Below, one piece after another: positions 29,259 through 37,293 of a stretch of 64,000 nt of DNA. The notes beneath the pieces are model-generated. The model was given only the letters and a program-made list of their open reading frames with translations, did not search any database and was not told the DNA's origin. Position 1 is the first letter of the stretch. Every line of letters begins with the position of its first letter. The stretch is from Chthonomonadales bacterium. Its GTDB lineage: Bacteria; Armatimonadota; Chthonomonadetes; Chthonomonadales; CAJBBX01. A program made the translations under genes and the position numbers. Location of the stretch: the NCBI GenBank assembly GCA_038229495.1, contig JBBROJ010000006.1, positions 7,038 through 71,037 on the forward strand, read 5' to 3'.

Positions 29259-29371
29259 ACGCGTGTAAAACGCGTATCGCACCACGCGTGTAATACACGT
29301 ATCGCACCACGCGTGTAAAACACGTGTCTGGGGGGCCTTCGGCCAAACGTCCTTCGGACGGAGACGCCCGT
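29259..29371 (-). repeat. intergenic repeat module copy B (25-bp x3 plus twin hairpin)
   Basis: Units at 29259-29283, 29284-29308 and 29309-29333, each starting at a CACGCGTG palindrome. These are followed by the hairpins GGCC-TTC-GGCC and CGTCC-TTC-GGACG. The module ends 3 nt from the DUF1385 stop. Confidence 0.9.
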
Positions 29372-29373
29372 TG

Positions 29374-30501
29374 CTACGCGATGGCCGCGGCGGGCTCTTC
29401 CATGCGCGCAGACGATTCCAGCGCCGGAACGGGCGTAAGATCGTGCGCCTTCTCGCGGTCCAGTACGGCTTGCAGCGACGCGATGGCGACCTCGACGTGC
29501 TCCAAATCGGGCTCGCGAGTCGTTAGCCGCTGAGACCAGAGGCCGGGCGCGAGGAGAGTGCGCGTAATAATTGAATAACGGAAGCGACCCGCCAGCTTTA
29601 TGATCTCGTACGAGATACCGGCTACCACGGGAATCAGCGCAATATGCAGGGCCAGCCGCGTAAAATAGAAAGCCGGCCGGGGCAGAATCGAGTGCACCAG
29701 GATGGACGCCAAAAGCACCACGATGATAAAGCTGGTGCCGCATCGAGGATGGATCCGTGAAGCGCGCATGCAGTTTTCGGGCGTCAGGGGCTCCCCGGAT
29801 TCCAGGGTGTTGATGGCCTTGTGTTCCGCTCCATGAAACTGGAACACGCGGCGAATTGCCTCCAGCCGCGAGATCATGGCGATGTAGCCCAGGAAGATTG
29901 TCATTCGGATTACGCCGTCAATAAGATTGAGCTGTACTTGCTGCCCGCGAGTAAGGAAAGCGCCGTGCAGCCCCGTGAATCGCTGAACTAACTGGGTGAG
30001 TAGAGTGGGCAGGGCGACGAAGAGCGTGATTCCGAAGCATATGGAGAAGAGCATCGTGCCGCCGACGACATAGTCATTAATCCGGCTGGGCGCAGGAATC
30101 CGGCTGGATGCGGGGATTCGGCTGGGCACGGGAGCCACGGACTCACCGGATGCCGATTCCGCCGCCGCAATTGCCGTCCCATTTCCAGATTCGGCACTTA
30201 TATTTTCCTGTACCGTTCCGAGAGCCTGCGCCTGTACGTCGGCCGCGAACTTCAGCGCCTTCATGCCGAGCGCCATGGCATCGATGAGCGCCAAGGTCCC
30301 GCGCAGCAGGGGGCGGTTCATCCAGAGAAACTTGCCGACGATTGATCTGTCGACCGGCTCCTCCTGCACGACGATGCCGCCATCCGGCTTCCGGCAGGCA
30401 ACGGCGAAGTATCGCGGGCTGCGCATCATTACGCCCTCGATTACCGCCTGTCCGCCATATTGCAGGAACTTCTCGTTCGATTTCTTATCGGAACTGCTCA
30501 C
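29374..30501 (-). CDS. DUF1385 family membrane protein
   Basis: 375 aa, GTG start. YGGQAVIEGVMMR N-terminus, HGAEHKAIN motif, several TM helices. Sits in the conserved position between rpmE and prfA. Confidence 0.8.
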   Translation of the reverse strand: MSSSDKKSNEKFLQYGGQAVIEGVMMRSPRYFAVACRKPDGGIVVQEEPVDRSIVGKFLWMNRPLLRGTLALIDAMALGMKALKFAADVQAQALGTVQENISAESGNGTAIAAAESASGESVAPVPSRIPASSRIPAPSRINDYVVGGTMLFSICFGITLFVALPTLLTQLVQRFTGLHGAFLTRGQQVQLNLIDGVIRMTIFLGYIAMISRLEAIRRVFQFHGAEHKAINTLESGEPLTPENCMRASRIHPRCGTSFIIVVLLASILVHSILPRPAFYFTRLALHIALIPVVAGISYEIIKLAGRFRYSIITRTLLAPGLWSQRLTTREPDLEHVEVAIASLQAVLDREKAHDLTPVPALESSARMEEPAAAIA

Positions 30502-30513
30502 ATGCGTCCCCTA

Positions 30514-30545
30514 GTCAAGTATCAAGTTGTCAAGTGTCAAGTCTT
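30514..30545. repeat. tandem 7-8-bp repeat (CAAGT core x4) just upstream of the DUF1385 start
   Basis: CAAGT at 30516, 30523, 30531 and 30538. On the coding strand this reads as four tandem CTTGAYA (-35-like) units. Confidence 0.8.
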
Positions 30546-30604
30546 ACAAACTCATCCGCAAATGCGACAAAAATGCGATGTGCGTTTTGCATATTACGAA
30601 TATG

Positions 30605-30637
30605 AAAAGACCGGACGCGCTTCTGGCGCATCCGGTC
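30605..30637 (-). terminator. rho-independent terminator of rpmE
   Basis: The minus strand reads GACCGGATGCGCCAGAAGCGCGTCCGGTC followed by TTTTCATATT. Confidence 0.75.
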
Positions 30638-30705
30638 CCAGCCGTAAATGAGCGTCGTCTGCGCCATCCGTACTTTCGATGCCGCTCCGCCCGCTCGCTG
30701 CCGTG

Positions 30706-30909
30706 CTACTGCTTCATTTTGTACTTTTGCAGGAATTTCTGGACTCGGCCTTCCGTGTCTACAATCTTCTGCTTGCCGGTAAAGAACGGGTGGCAGGCCG
30801 AACAGATTTCGACGCGCAGCTGGGGCTTGGTCGAGCGCGTTTCAAACGCGTTTCCGCATGCGCAGTGGACCGACGCCTGCACATAAATCGGGTGGATTCC
30901 CTCTTTCAT
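30706..30909 (-). CDS. rpmE: 50S ribosomal protein L31 (Zn-ribbon form)
   Basis: MKEGIHPIY... with the HCAC and CSAC Cys pairs. ATG 30909 lies 8 nt after GAGGTG. Confidence 0.92.
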   Translation of the reverse strand: MKEGIHPIYVQASVHCACGNAFETRSTKPQLRVEICSACHPFFTGKQKIVDTEGRVQKFLQKYKMKQ

Positions 30910-30991
30910 TCGCACATCACCTCATCTCGTAAACTGGCGCGCACCGGCGCTGTCGTGCAAGTCTCTTTTCACTCATACGATGCAACCATGT

Positions 30992-31000
30992 ATTATAGCA
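30992..31000 (-). promoter_or_regulatory. candidate extended -10 element (TGCTATAAT) for rpmE
   Basis: The minus strand reads TGCTATAAT about 85 nt upstream of the rpmE ATG. No good -35 element was seen. Confidence 0.3.
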
Positions 31001-31156
31001 CAACCGTTTACAAGTAGTCCGAGAGATTCGAGCAGTAGAACCGGCCGGGAATGTCGAGCGTGAAAGATGCGGCTGTCAACGGGAATTAAATGGGAACCAA
31101 ATGCACCGATAATAGGATATAACAGAATGTAGCGAGCTGATACCGGATATATCTTT

Positions 31157-31606
31157 ATGTTCCATATGAACCGACCGCGCAGTTACAACTATATAAGCTC
31201 AACGTGTCTGTGGCTGTTCGTGGCTGCGTGCATTGTCGTAAATCGTGCTCCCGCGCAAGCGGACTGCCATGGAATGCGCCAGCCGCTGACCGCCGCAGGC
31301 TCGCATTCGTGCTGCGTTGTCAAGGCGGAATGCGCCTGCGAATCACCGGTGGCGCATACTAGCCTCCTCACCAAAGTTGTTCGTGCCGGTTCCGCTGGCT
31401 GCCCCTGCCTGAAGGCTCCGGTTCAGGAGCAGATTCCCGTTGCAGACCAGTCACGCACGGTTGTCGTCGCGGGGCCGGTCTCGCAGGCTGTGCGCCTTCA
31501 CGCAGTGGACGCGCCGCTCGCGCGCCTCGCCCCGTACTCCTGTTCGCTGCCTCGCGGTTCGCCGCCTGCTCTTGCCTCCCCTCGCGCACCACCTTTCCAG
31601 GGCTGA
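31157..31606 (+). CDS. exported Cys-rich protein of unknown function (first gene of the copper island)
   Basis: Signal peptide ..CLWLFVAACIVVNRAPAQA, then CHG, CC, CAC and CPC motifs. Confidence 0.5.
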   Translation: MFHMNRPRSYNYISSTCLWLFVAACIVVNRAPAQADCHGMRQPLTAAGSHSCCVVKAECACESPVAHTSLLTKVVRAGSAGCPCLKAPVQEQIPVADQSRTVVVAGPVSQAVRLHAVDAPLARLAPYSCSLPRGSPPALASPRAPPFQG

Positions 31607-31685
31607 TTCCGTCTCCGGCACATAACGCCGGGTAAATGGGGCCTGCCGCCCCACCGAATCAACTCGCTACAGGAAAGGTTTTCTC

Positions 31686-32318
31686 ATGTTCTCCCAATTT
31701 TCCCAATCTGTGCGCGTCTTCGGACGCGGATTTGCGGCCGCTGCCGCCTTCGTCGTCGTCGCCCCTGCCGCCGTTCGCGCGGAAGAAGCAGGTTCGTTCA
31801 CCTGCCCGGTCCTTGGATCGAAGATCGAGTCGGTAACCAAGGACACGCTCTCCGCGGACTATAGGGGCGTCCGGTACTACTTCTGCTGCGCCTCCTGCAA
31901 GCCGCAGTTCGAGAAAGACCCGGCCAAGTTCCTCAAGTCCACCACGAACAAGGACAAGGTGATCGGCGCGTCCCTCTTCGACCCTATCTCCACGAAGCGT
32001 CTCGACCCCGATAAGGCCGCCGCGCACAGTGACTACAACGGCGTGCGGTACTTCTTTTCCACTGCCGACGAGAAGAGATCCTTCGACAAGGAGCCGAAGA
32101 AGTTGGCTTTGACCCCGGAGAAGGACGTGTTGTTCTGCCCGGTCAGTAACGAAACGGTCGACTCCTATGCGGAGGCGTCCGACTACAGTGACGTGAAGGG
32201 AACGCGCTACTACTTCTGCTGCGCGGGCTGTAAACCCAAGTTCGATCAGAACCCGGATAAGTATCTGGAGGGACTGGACGCCCGCATCAAGGCCGCAAAG
32301 AAGAAGAGCGACAAGTAG
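31686..32318 (+). CDS. exported protein with three YHS/TRASH-type metal-binding repeats
   Basis: Signal peptide. Repeats: GVRYYFCCASCKPQFEKDPAKFL; GVRYFFSTADEKRSFDKEPKK (Cys-less); GTRYYFCCAGCKPKFDQNPDKYL. Confidence 0.8.
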   Translation: MFSQFSQSVRVFGRGFAAAAAFVVVAPAAVRAEEAGSFTCPVLGSKIESVTKDTLSADYRGVRYYFCCASCKPQFEKDPAKFLKSTTNKDKVIGASLFDPISTKRLDPDKAAAHSDYNGVRYFFSTADEKRSFDKEPKKLALTPEKDVLFCPVSNETVDSYAEASDYSDVKGTRYYFCCAGCKPKFDQNPDKYLEGLDARIKAAKKKSDK

Positions 32319-32354
32319 CCTCGCGGCCGCGCACCTGAAAGAAGGGAATTCACC

Positions 32355-32948
32355 ATGAAGACGACGACATCCATAAACGGCTTGCGACACACGCCCGCGC
32401 TGCTTGGACTTACGATTGTCGCGCTCGCCAGCATCCCAAACCTTCCGGCCCGGGCACATATCGGCCATTGGCTGCCGGTATCCAATAACAACCCGCGAAC
32501 GGTGGCGGCCAACGACCTCAAAACAGCCGAGCAGACAGCGACTCACGGTACGATATCCGGCGACAAGAAGACGCTCACCTTTACTGAAAAGGCAATCACC
32601 TTCGTTGTGGAGACCGGGCCGGATGACGACATGCTGTCATATCGGATCGCCGGACTGCGCAATCCGACCGTCGTCCTCCCACGCGGCGCGGTCGTAACCG
32701 TGCTGTTCGTGAACCGTGACGGCGATATGACGCACGACTTGCGCTTTACCGCGGCCCATGCGCCGTTCCCGATGGAGCCGAACCGAAAGGACTCCGTTGG
32801 CAGCGCAACGCTCGTCCATGCCGACAAGTCGGTCCAGCACGCCGAGCAGTTCACAATGCGCGCGGAAAAGGCGGGCGACTATGCCTACCTCTGTACGGTA
32901 AAAGGCCATGCCAAAGGGGGCATGTTCGGGGTCCTGCAAGTCAAGTAA
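32355..32948 (+). CDS. type-1 (blue) copper protein, cupredoxin fold
   Basis: Signal peptide. Type-1 ligand pattern H (DMTHDL) ... YLCTVKGHAKGGMFG (C-x4-H-x4-M). Confidence 0.75.
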   Translation: MKTTTSINGLRHTPALLGLTIVALASIPNLPARAHIGHWLPVSNNNPRTVAANDLKTAEQTATHGTISGDKKTLTFTEKAITFVVETGPDDDMLSYRIAGLRNPTVVLPRGAVVTVLFVNRDGDMTHDLRFTAAHAPFPMEPNRKDSVGSATLVHADKSVQHAEQFTMRAEKAGDYAYLCTVKGHAKGGMFGVLQVK

Positions 32949-33035
32949 CCGCGCGCATCTGGAGCAAGACAGACCGCTTCGCTGCCGTTCGGCCTTAATG
33001 TGTCGGACGGTAGCGGATGGAGCATTAAATATACC

Positions 33036-34280
33036 ATGAAGAACGAGAACGAAAAGGTAGACCGCAGACAGTTTCTCTCGATGGCCGGGCTGACGGGCGC
33101 CGGCCTGATTGCCGGCGGCCAGGCAGCCGAAGCTCAGCACGAGAATACTCACCCAATTCAAAAGCCCGATTCCTGGCCCTCTCAGTTTGTATTGGCAGAG
33201 ACGGCGCCCAGGTATGCGCCGCGCGACATGCCAAAGCCGGGCGATAAGATCCACGAATTCGATATCGAAGTCACCGTGGAAAAGATCGAGATTCTGCCGC
33301 TGGAGGAGCACCACTTCTATACATTCAACAAGTCGCTCCCTGGGCCGTTGATCCGCGTCAAAGAAGGCGATTGGGTCAAGGTGAATCTCATCAATAAGAC
33401 ACATGACTTCCATACCATCCACTGGCACGGAATCTACGTGCCGTGCGAAATGGACGGCGTACCGCTGGGAACGCAGTATCCGGTCGGCTTTAACCAGACG
33501 TTTACCTATCTCTGGCGGGCCCAGCCTGCGGGCACGCACTTCTACCACTGCCACAACATGACGAACATGCACATTCAGGCGGGACTTTACGGCGCGCTCA
33601 TTATCGATCCGGAGGACGAGGACCCGATCCAAAAAGCGTTCCCGTATGAACGCGAGTATACGCTGATCCTCAGCGAAGTGGACACCGATTTTCTCCGCGA
33701 ACAGATCAACGAGATGCTGGAGATGGGAGTCAGAATGGACCGGATGAATGCGTCCGCCAAGCTCATGCAGAAGATGGATGGCCGCATGATGGGATGGTTC
33801 GCCAATAAGGAGGCGTTCCTCAAGGCGGTAAAGGACGGCTGGATTCCCCCCTACCACCGCAGCCGAACGGGACCGACCCGGCGTATCGAGCCGAACTTCT
33901 TCCTCATCAACGGACGGCCCTATCCGATGACCGAGCACATGCACATCAAACGAGGAGAAAACATCCGCGTGCGGATGATTAACGCCGGCCTCATGCCGCA
34001 CTTCATGCACCTGCACGGACATGACTTCTGGCACGTGGCGCACGACGGCTCGCCTCTGGCTTCACCGGTCCGGGCCAATACGATTCCGGTCTATCCCGGC
34101 TCGACGACGGACATCGTGGTCCAGGGCACGAACCCCGGCCACTGGCACTTCCACGACCACAGCGACCTGAGCATCATGAACAACGGAAAGTCGCCGGGCG
34201 GCATGATGACGATGCTGATGTACGAGGACGCGGAAGAGGCGGGCTTCAAATTCAAGGAGATTATCGCCCTCGACTCCTGA
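33036..34280 (+). CDS. Tat-exported multicopper oxidase (small, two-domain-like) with Met-rich insert
   Basis: Twin-arginine signal VDRRQFLSMAGLTGAGLIAGG. HxH motifs: HTIHWHG, FYHCHNMTNMH, HFMHLHGH, HWHFHDH. Met-rich segment MLEMGVRMDRMNASAKLMQKMDGRMMGW. Confidence 0.85.
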   Translation: MKNENEKVDRRQFLSMAGLTGAGLIAGGQAAEAQHENTHPIQKPDSWPSQFVLAETAPRYAPRDMPKPGDKIHEFDIEVTVEKIEILPLEEHHFYTFNKSLPGPLIRVKEGDWVKVNLINKTHDFHTIHWHGIYVPCEMDGVPLGTQYPVGFNQTFTYLWRAQPAGTHFYHCHNMTNMHIQAGLYGALIIDPEDEDPIQKAFPYEREYTLILSEVDTDFLREQINEMLEMGVRMDRMNASAKLMQKMDGRMMGWFANKEAFLKAVKDGWIPPYHRSRTGPTRRIEPNFFLINGRPYPMTEHMHIKRGENIRVRMINAGLMPHFMHLHGHDFWHVAHDGSPLASPVRANTIPVYPGSTTDIVVQGTNPGHWHFHDHSDLSIMNNGKSPGGMMTMLMYEDAEEAGFKFKEIIALDS

Positions 34281-34374
34281 CCGGCATCGAGACGCCATCG
34301 GGCGCTCGTCGTCAGGCGCTTGATGAGGCTTGATGAAGTCGGCAGCCTTGTCTGCTATCGGGCATTCTTTACGC

Positions 34375-35634
34375 ATGAAGAGGAGACATGTTGTGAATCT
34401 GACGGAAAATCCCGGCCGCATATTGAAAACGGCGCTGGCGCTGGCCATATCGACCCTACCGACGTTCGCGCATGGACAGGCGCAGCGCACGCCCGTTCCT
34501 GAGAAGCCCAGTGTCGCTCCGCAGATCGAGGTAGACGGAACCGGCATTGCCACGCTGGAAGGACAATCGCCTCGTATCACGCTGTCGAGCGGCAATCGCT
34601 CAAGCGCCAGCCGGATCAATGTTTCCGATTCGGCCATCCTGCTGGGCGCTTCGGAGAGGCTCTTTCGCAAGGGCGGAATCGGCAGCTTCGTAATAGGCAC
34701 GACTTCCACTGAAACGGACGCGACCCCGAGCGGCACCGGTATGTTCCTGCACCAGATGTTCGTGAACTACCAGACCCGTTCATCGGAGGCGACGCTCGGC
34801 AGGACCGACGTTGCCACGCGCCTTATCGACTTCCCCACGATTCGGGGCGACGACCTCAACGAATTCGTCAACATGCTAAACCCCTTCTCTAACGGGGACA
34901 ACGTGGAAGAGCATCGGTATAGCGACCAGGCTTCTTTTACGCTCACCCGCAACCTGCGTCACTTCCTGAACTTCCACGCGCAGCATCTTGTGACCAGCAC
35001 AGCCCGGACAATCGGTCAGGGCGGCCTCAATTCTTTCGGCGTGAGCTACCAGTATCAGACGATCCCCGCACTGGAGGTGCTGACCAAGATACCGCTCTGG
35101 GGCGTGGGCTTTGAGCGACAGGATATTGGCCAGGGATTTGGCGGCGCAGCCAATCTTGTCTATGGAGGCGTAGTTTACAATATCCAGCCTGACCCGGTAG
35201 ATCGCATCGACCTGCGCGTCCAGGACATTTACAGCTTCGGCAACGACACGTCCGCCTTCGCCTCGGTTGCGGATACGTTCCGGGCAGCCAACAATACGGT
35301 CGCCGCTTCGCTGCGGTGGCTTCATAGTCCGTTCGGCACCCCCGGTCATCAGGTAGCCCTGACTATCGGCTACAAGAACTACAACAAGGTATCGAACGCC
35401 AACACGCTGGGATTGGCTCTAACCGGCGTAAAGCGACTCGGCGACGGTTTCGACCTGGTGGCTCAGTATTCCTATCATCACCGGCAGCCGGCGTACGCCG
35501 CGACGTTCAGCAACGTTCGCAACGAGCACTCGGTGCAGGTGGGGTTTGTCTTCAACTTCACCAACACCTTCAACCAACACCTGGGACCCCGCCGGTCGCT
35601 GCTCAACTTGCAGCACCAGTACGTTCCCGACTAA
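34375..35634 (+). CDS. putative outer-membrane beta-barrel protein
   Basis: Signal peptide ..ALALAISTLPTFAHG. Alternating-hydrophobicity strands and an aromatic-rich C-terminal strand (VQVGFVFNF). An alternative start is GTG 34393, 6 nt after AGGAGA. Confidence 0.5.
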   Translation: MKRRHVVNLTENPGRILKTALALAISTLPTFAHGQAQRTPVPEKPSVAPQIEVDGTGIATLEGQSPRITLSSGNRSSASRINVSDSAILLGASERLFRKGGIGSFVIGTTSTETDATPSGTGMFLHQMFVNYQTRSSEATLGRTDVATRLIDFPTIRGDDLNEFVNMLNPFSNGDNVEEHRYSDQASFTLTRNLRHFLNFHAQHLVTSTARTIGQGGLNSFGVSYQYQTIPALEVLTKIPLWGVGFERQDIGQGFGGAANLVYGGVVYNIQPDPVDRIDLRVQDIYSFGNDTSAFASVADTFRAANNTVAASLRWLHSPFGTPGHQVALTIGYKNYNKVSNANTLGLALTGVKRLGDGFDLVAQYSYHHRQPAYAATFSNVRNEHSVQVGFVFNFTNTFNQHLGPRRSLLNLQHQYVPD

Positions 35635-35711
35635 TGAATCGGTCCGATGGAGCCGGCAGGCTATTGCCAGCTCCTGGACCATGACAAATATCGCAGAAGA
35701 GGCACACGAAT

Positions 35712-37025
35712 ATGAACGCCGTAAAACACAACATAACAGCACGTCGGGCAGGCTTCCTAACGTTCGCCGCGGCAACAGCAGCGATCGCGCTGTTCCTCGA
35801 AGCGCCAAGCGCATGGGCACAGGACCACTCTGAGCACGGGAGAGGCAGTGATAACAGGGGTGGCTCCGACAAGGAGTCGATGCGAAATGTTTCCCGCCTC
35901 AAGGAGAAGCGCATGCTGACAGTGACTGGCCAGGAAGACTGGGACAGCATGCTGAGCTTCGGGCCCGACTCCTCCATGGCAGAGATGATGATCCAGATGA
36001 TGGTTGGAGGCTCCGGCATGGAGCACATGAAGATGGCGGCCATGAAATCCGGCATGCGCATGGGCAGCATCACAGACCGTGTGCCTATGCTCGGTGCGGC
36101 GAGTGACAAAGGCGCAATCGCTGGCAAAAGCAGCGGCTTCCCGGTGACGGTAACCGTCACACCGAATCCACCGGTCGTCGGCGACAACAAGCTGGATATT
36201 GTCGTAACTGACGCGTCTGGAAAGCCGGTCACGGGCCTGAAGCTCTCATCGGCAGTCGGCATGACCAGCATGGACATGGGCACCGAGCGGCCAAAAGCGA
36301 CCGAAGGCCCGGACGGACGCTACTCGCTCCCCGTCAAATTCCGCATGAAGGGCCCGTGGCGCGTGACTCTCACGAGCGACACGCCAAAGGGGATGAAGAG
36401 CAGCGACGCTGTCAATGTTCCGCTGGATTTTAATGTCGGCAGCAAGGACAAATGGTCCATCCCTGCGGCACGTGCGAAATCCACTGCCGCTGCATCTAAA
36501 GAGCACGCAGCAAAGGAGGCATCTACAAACCAAGCGCCGCATACGTCTGACGCAAAGGAAGGCACGGGGGCGCCATTAGTCAAATTGCCAGAGCAAGCGC
36601 CAGCTCCTCAAAAGGCAATAGCTGCTGCGCCGGAGCTGGCACAGCCTGCGCGCGTTCCATCCACTTCCGCATCGGCCGTGTTAGAGACGGCGACAACGCC
36701 TGCTCCAACGGCCTCATCTGACACCGGAGTCAAGATTGTTCTCGACACCAAGCCAGATGCGGTCAAGGTCGGAAAGAACATCCTCTCGTTTACTATTCTG
36801 GATCCGAGCGGGAAGGCTCTTTCCGGTGCAAAAGTAACGTCTTCGGTCGCTATGACCAGCATGGACATGGGCACGACGCATCCGACGGCGAAAGAGGGTA
36901 AGGGAGGTCATTACACAGCGCCCGTTGAGTTCAGCATGAAAGGCCCCTGGCGAGTTGTCGTCACTGTCCAGGGGAAGGGCCAAAAACCGGCGACGCGCTC
37001 CTTCGACTTCGACGTGAAGAAGTAG
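35712..37025 (+). CDS. exported protein with Met-rich region and two YtkA/FixH-like domains
   Basis: Signal peptide. Met-rich region MAEMMIQMMVGGSGMEHMKMAAMKSGMRMG. Two repeats of ..V(V/K)VG.N.L...(V/I)(T/L)D.SGK...G.K..SSV.MTSMDMGT....A.EG..G.Y..PV.F.MKGPWRV... Confidence 0.7.
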   Translation: MNAVKHNITARRAGFLTFAAATAAIALFLEAPSAWAQDHSEHGRGSDNRGGSDKESMRNVSRLKEKRMLTVTGQEDWDSMLSFGPDSSMAEMMIQMMVGGSGMEHMKMAAMKSGMRMGSITDRVPMLGAASDKGAIAGKSSGFPVTVTVTPNPPVVGDNKLDIVVTDASGKPVTGLKLSSAVGMTSMDMGTERPKATEGPDGRYSLPVKFRMKGPWRVTLTSDTPKGMKSSDAVNVPLDFNVGSKDKWSIPAARAKSTAAASKEHAAKEASTNQAPHTSDAKEGTGAPLVKLPEQAPAPQKAIAAAPELAQPARVPSTSASAVLETATTPAPTASSDTGVKIVLDTKPDAVKVGKNILSFTILDPSGKALSGAKVTSSVAMTSMDMGTTHPTAKEGKGGHYTAPVEFSMKGPWRVVVTVQGKGQKPATRSFDFDVKK

Positions 37026-37159
37026 GCGCCTGGACGTACGACGAAGGCGAATTGGGTTGATACCTATCTGAAACGCACGGGCACACGGCCGCAGGAGGCT
37101 CCCGCCCGCCCGCCGCAAGAGCCGATGGGCTGATCTTAACAACAATGGAGATACGAATT

Positions 37160-37282
37160 ATGCCTGAAAAACCACATCGTTACGAACAGGAAGACCCGCG
37201 CCACGACCATCCTCAGGGACGTGAAGGGCACGGGCACACGCACGGCTTCGTAGACCCCTCCATTGCGCCGACGCCTGCTTGA
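37160..37282 (+). CDS. His-rich 40-aa micro-protein (possible remnant of a cation-transporter N-terminus)
   Basis: ATG 37160 lies 9 nt after GGAGA. Sequence: MPEKPHRYEQEDPRHDHPQGREGHGHTHGFVDPSIAPTPA. The stop TGA is at 37280-37282, inside the SD of the next gene. Confidence 0.4.
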   Translation: MPEKPHRYEQEDPRHDHPQGREGHGHTHGFVDPSIAPTPA

Positions 37283-37293
37283 AGGAGCACGAT

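Noticed and set aside
28107-29285. Longer prfA ORF from GTG 29285, or a prfB-like programmed frameshift
   Set aside because: The extension translates the 25-bp repeat module. GTG 29198 has a GGAGG SD and gives the normal RF1 length. The protein is RF1 (PAT motif), which is not known to use the RF2 frameshift.
29259-29333. CRISPR-like array (regularly spaced repeats). The same question applies to 22707-22800.
   Set aside because: The units are directly adjacent, with no unique spacers. There are only 3-5 copies of 11-25 bp, and there are no cas genes. These are plain tandem repeats.
31659-32546. 295-aa minus-strand ORF
   Set aside because: It is antisense to the 3xYHS gene and the cupredoxin start, both of which have strong domain signatures.
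32637-34043. 468-aa ORF on the minus strand
   Set aside because: It is entirely antisense to the well-supported multicopper oxidase gene. It has Arg/His/Val-rich, low-information composition typical of shadow ORFs in GC-rich DNA, and no recognisable motif.
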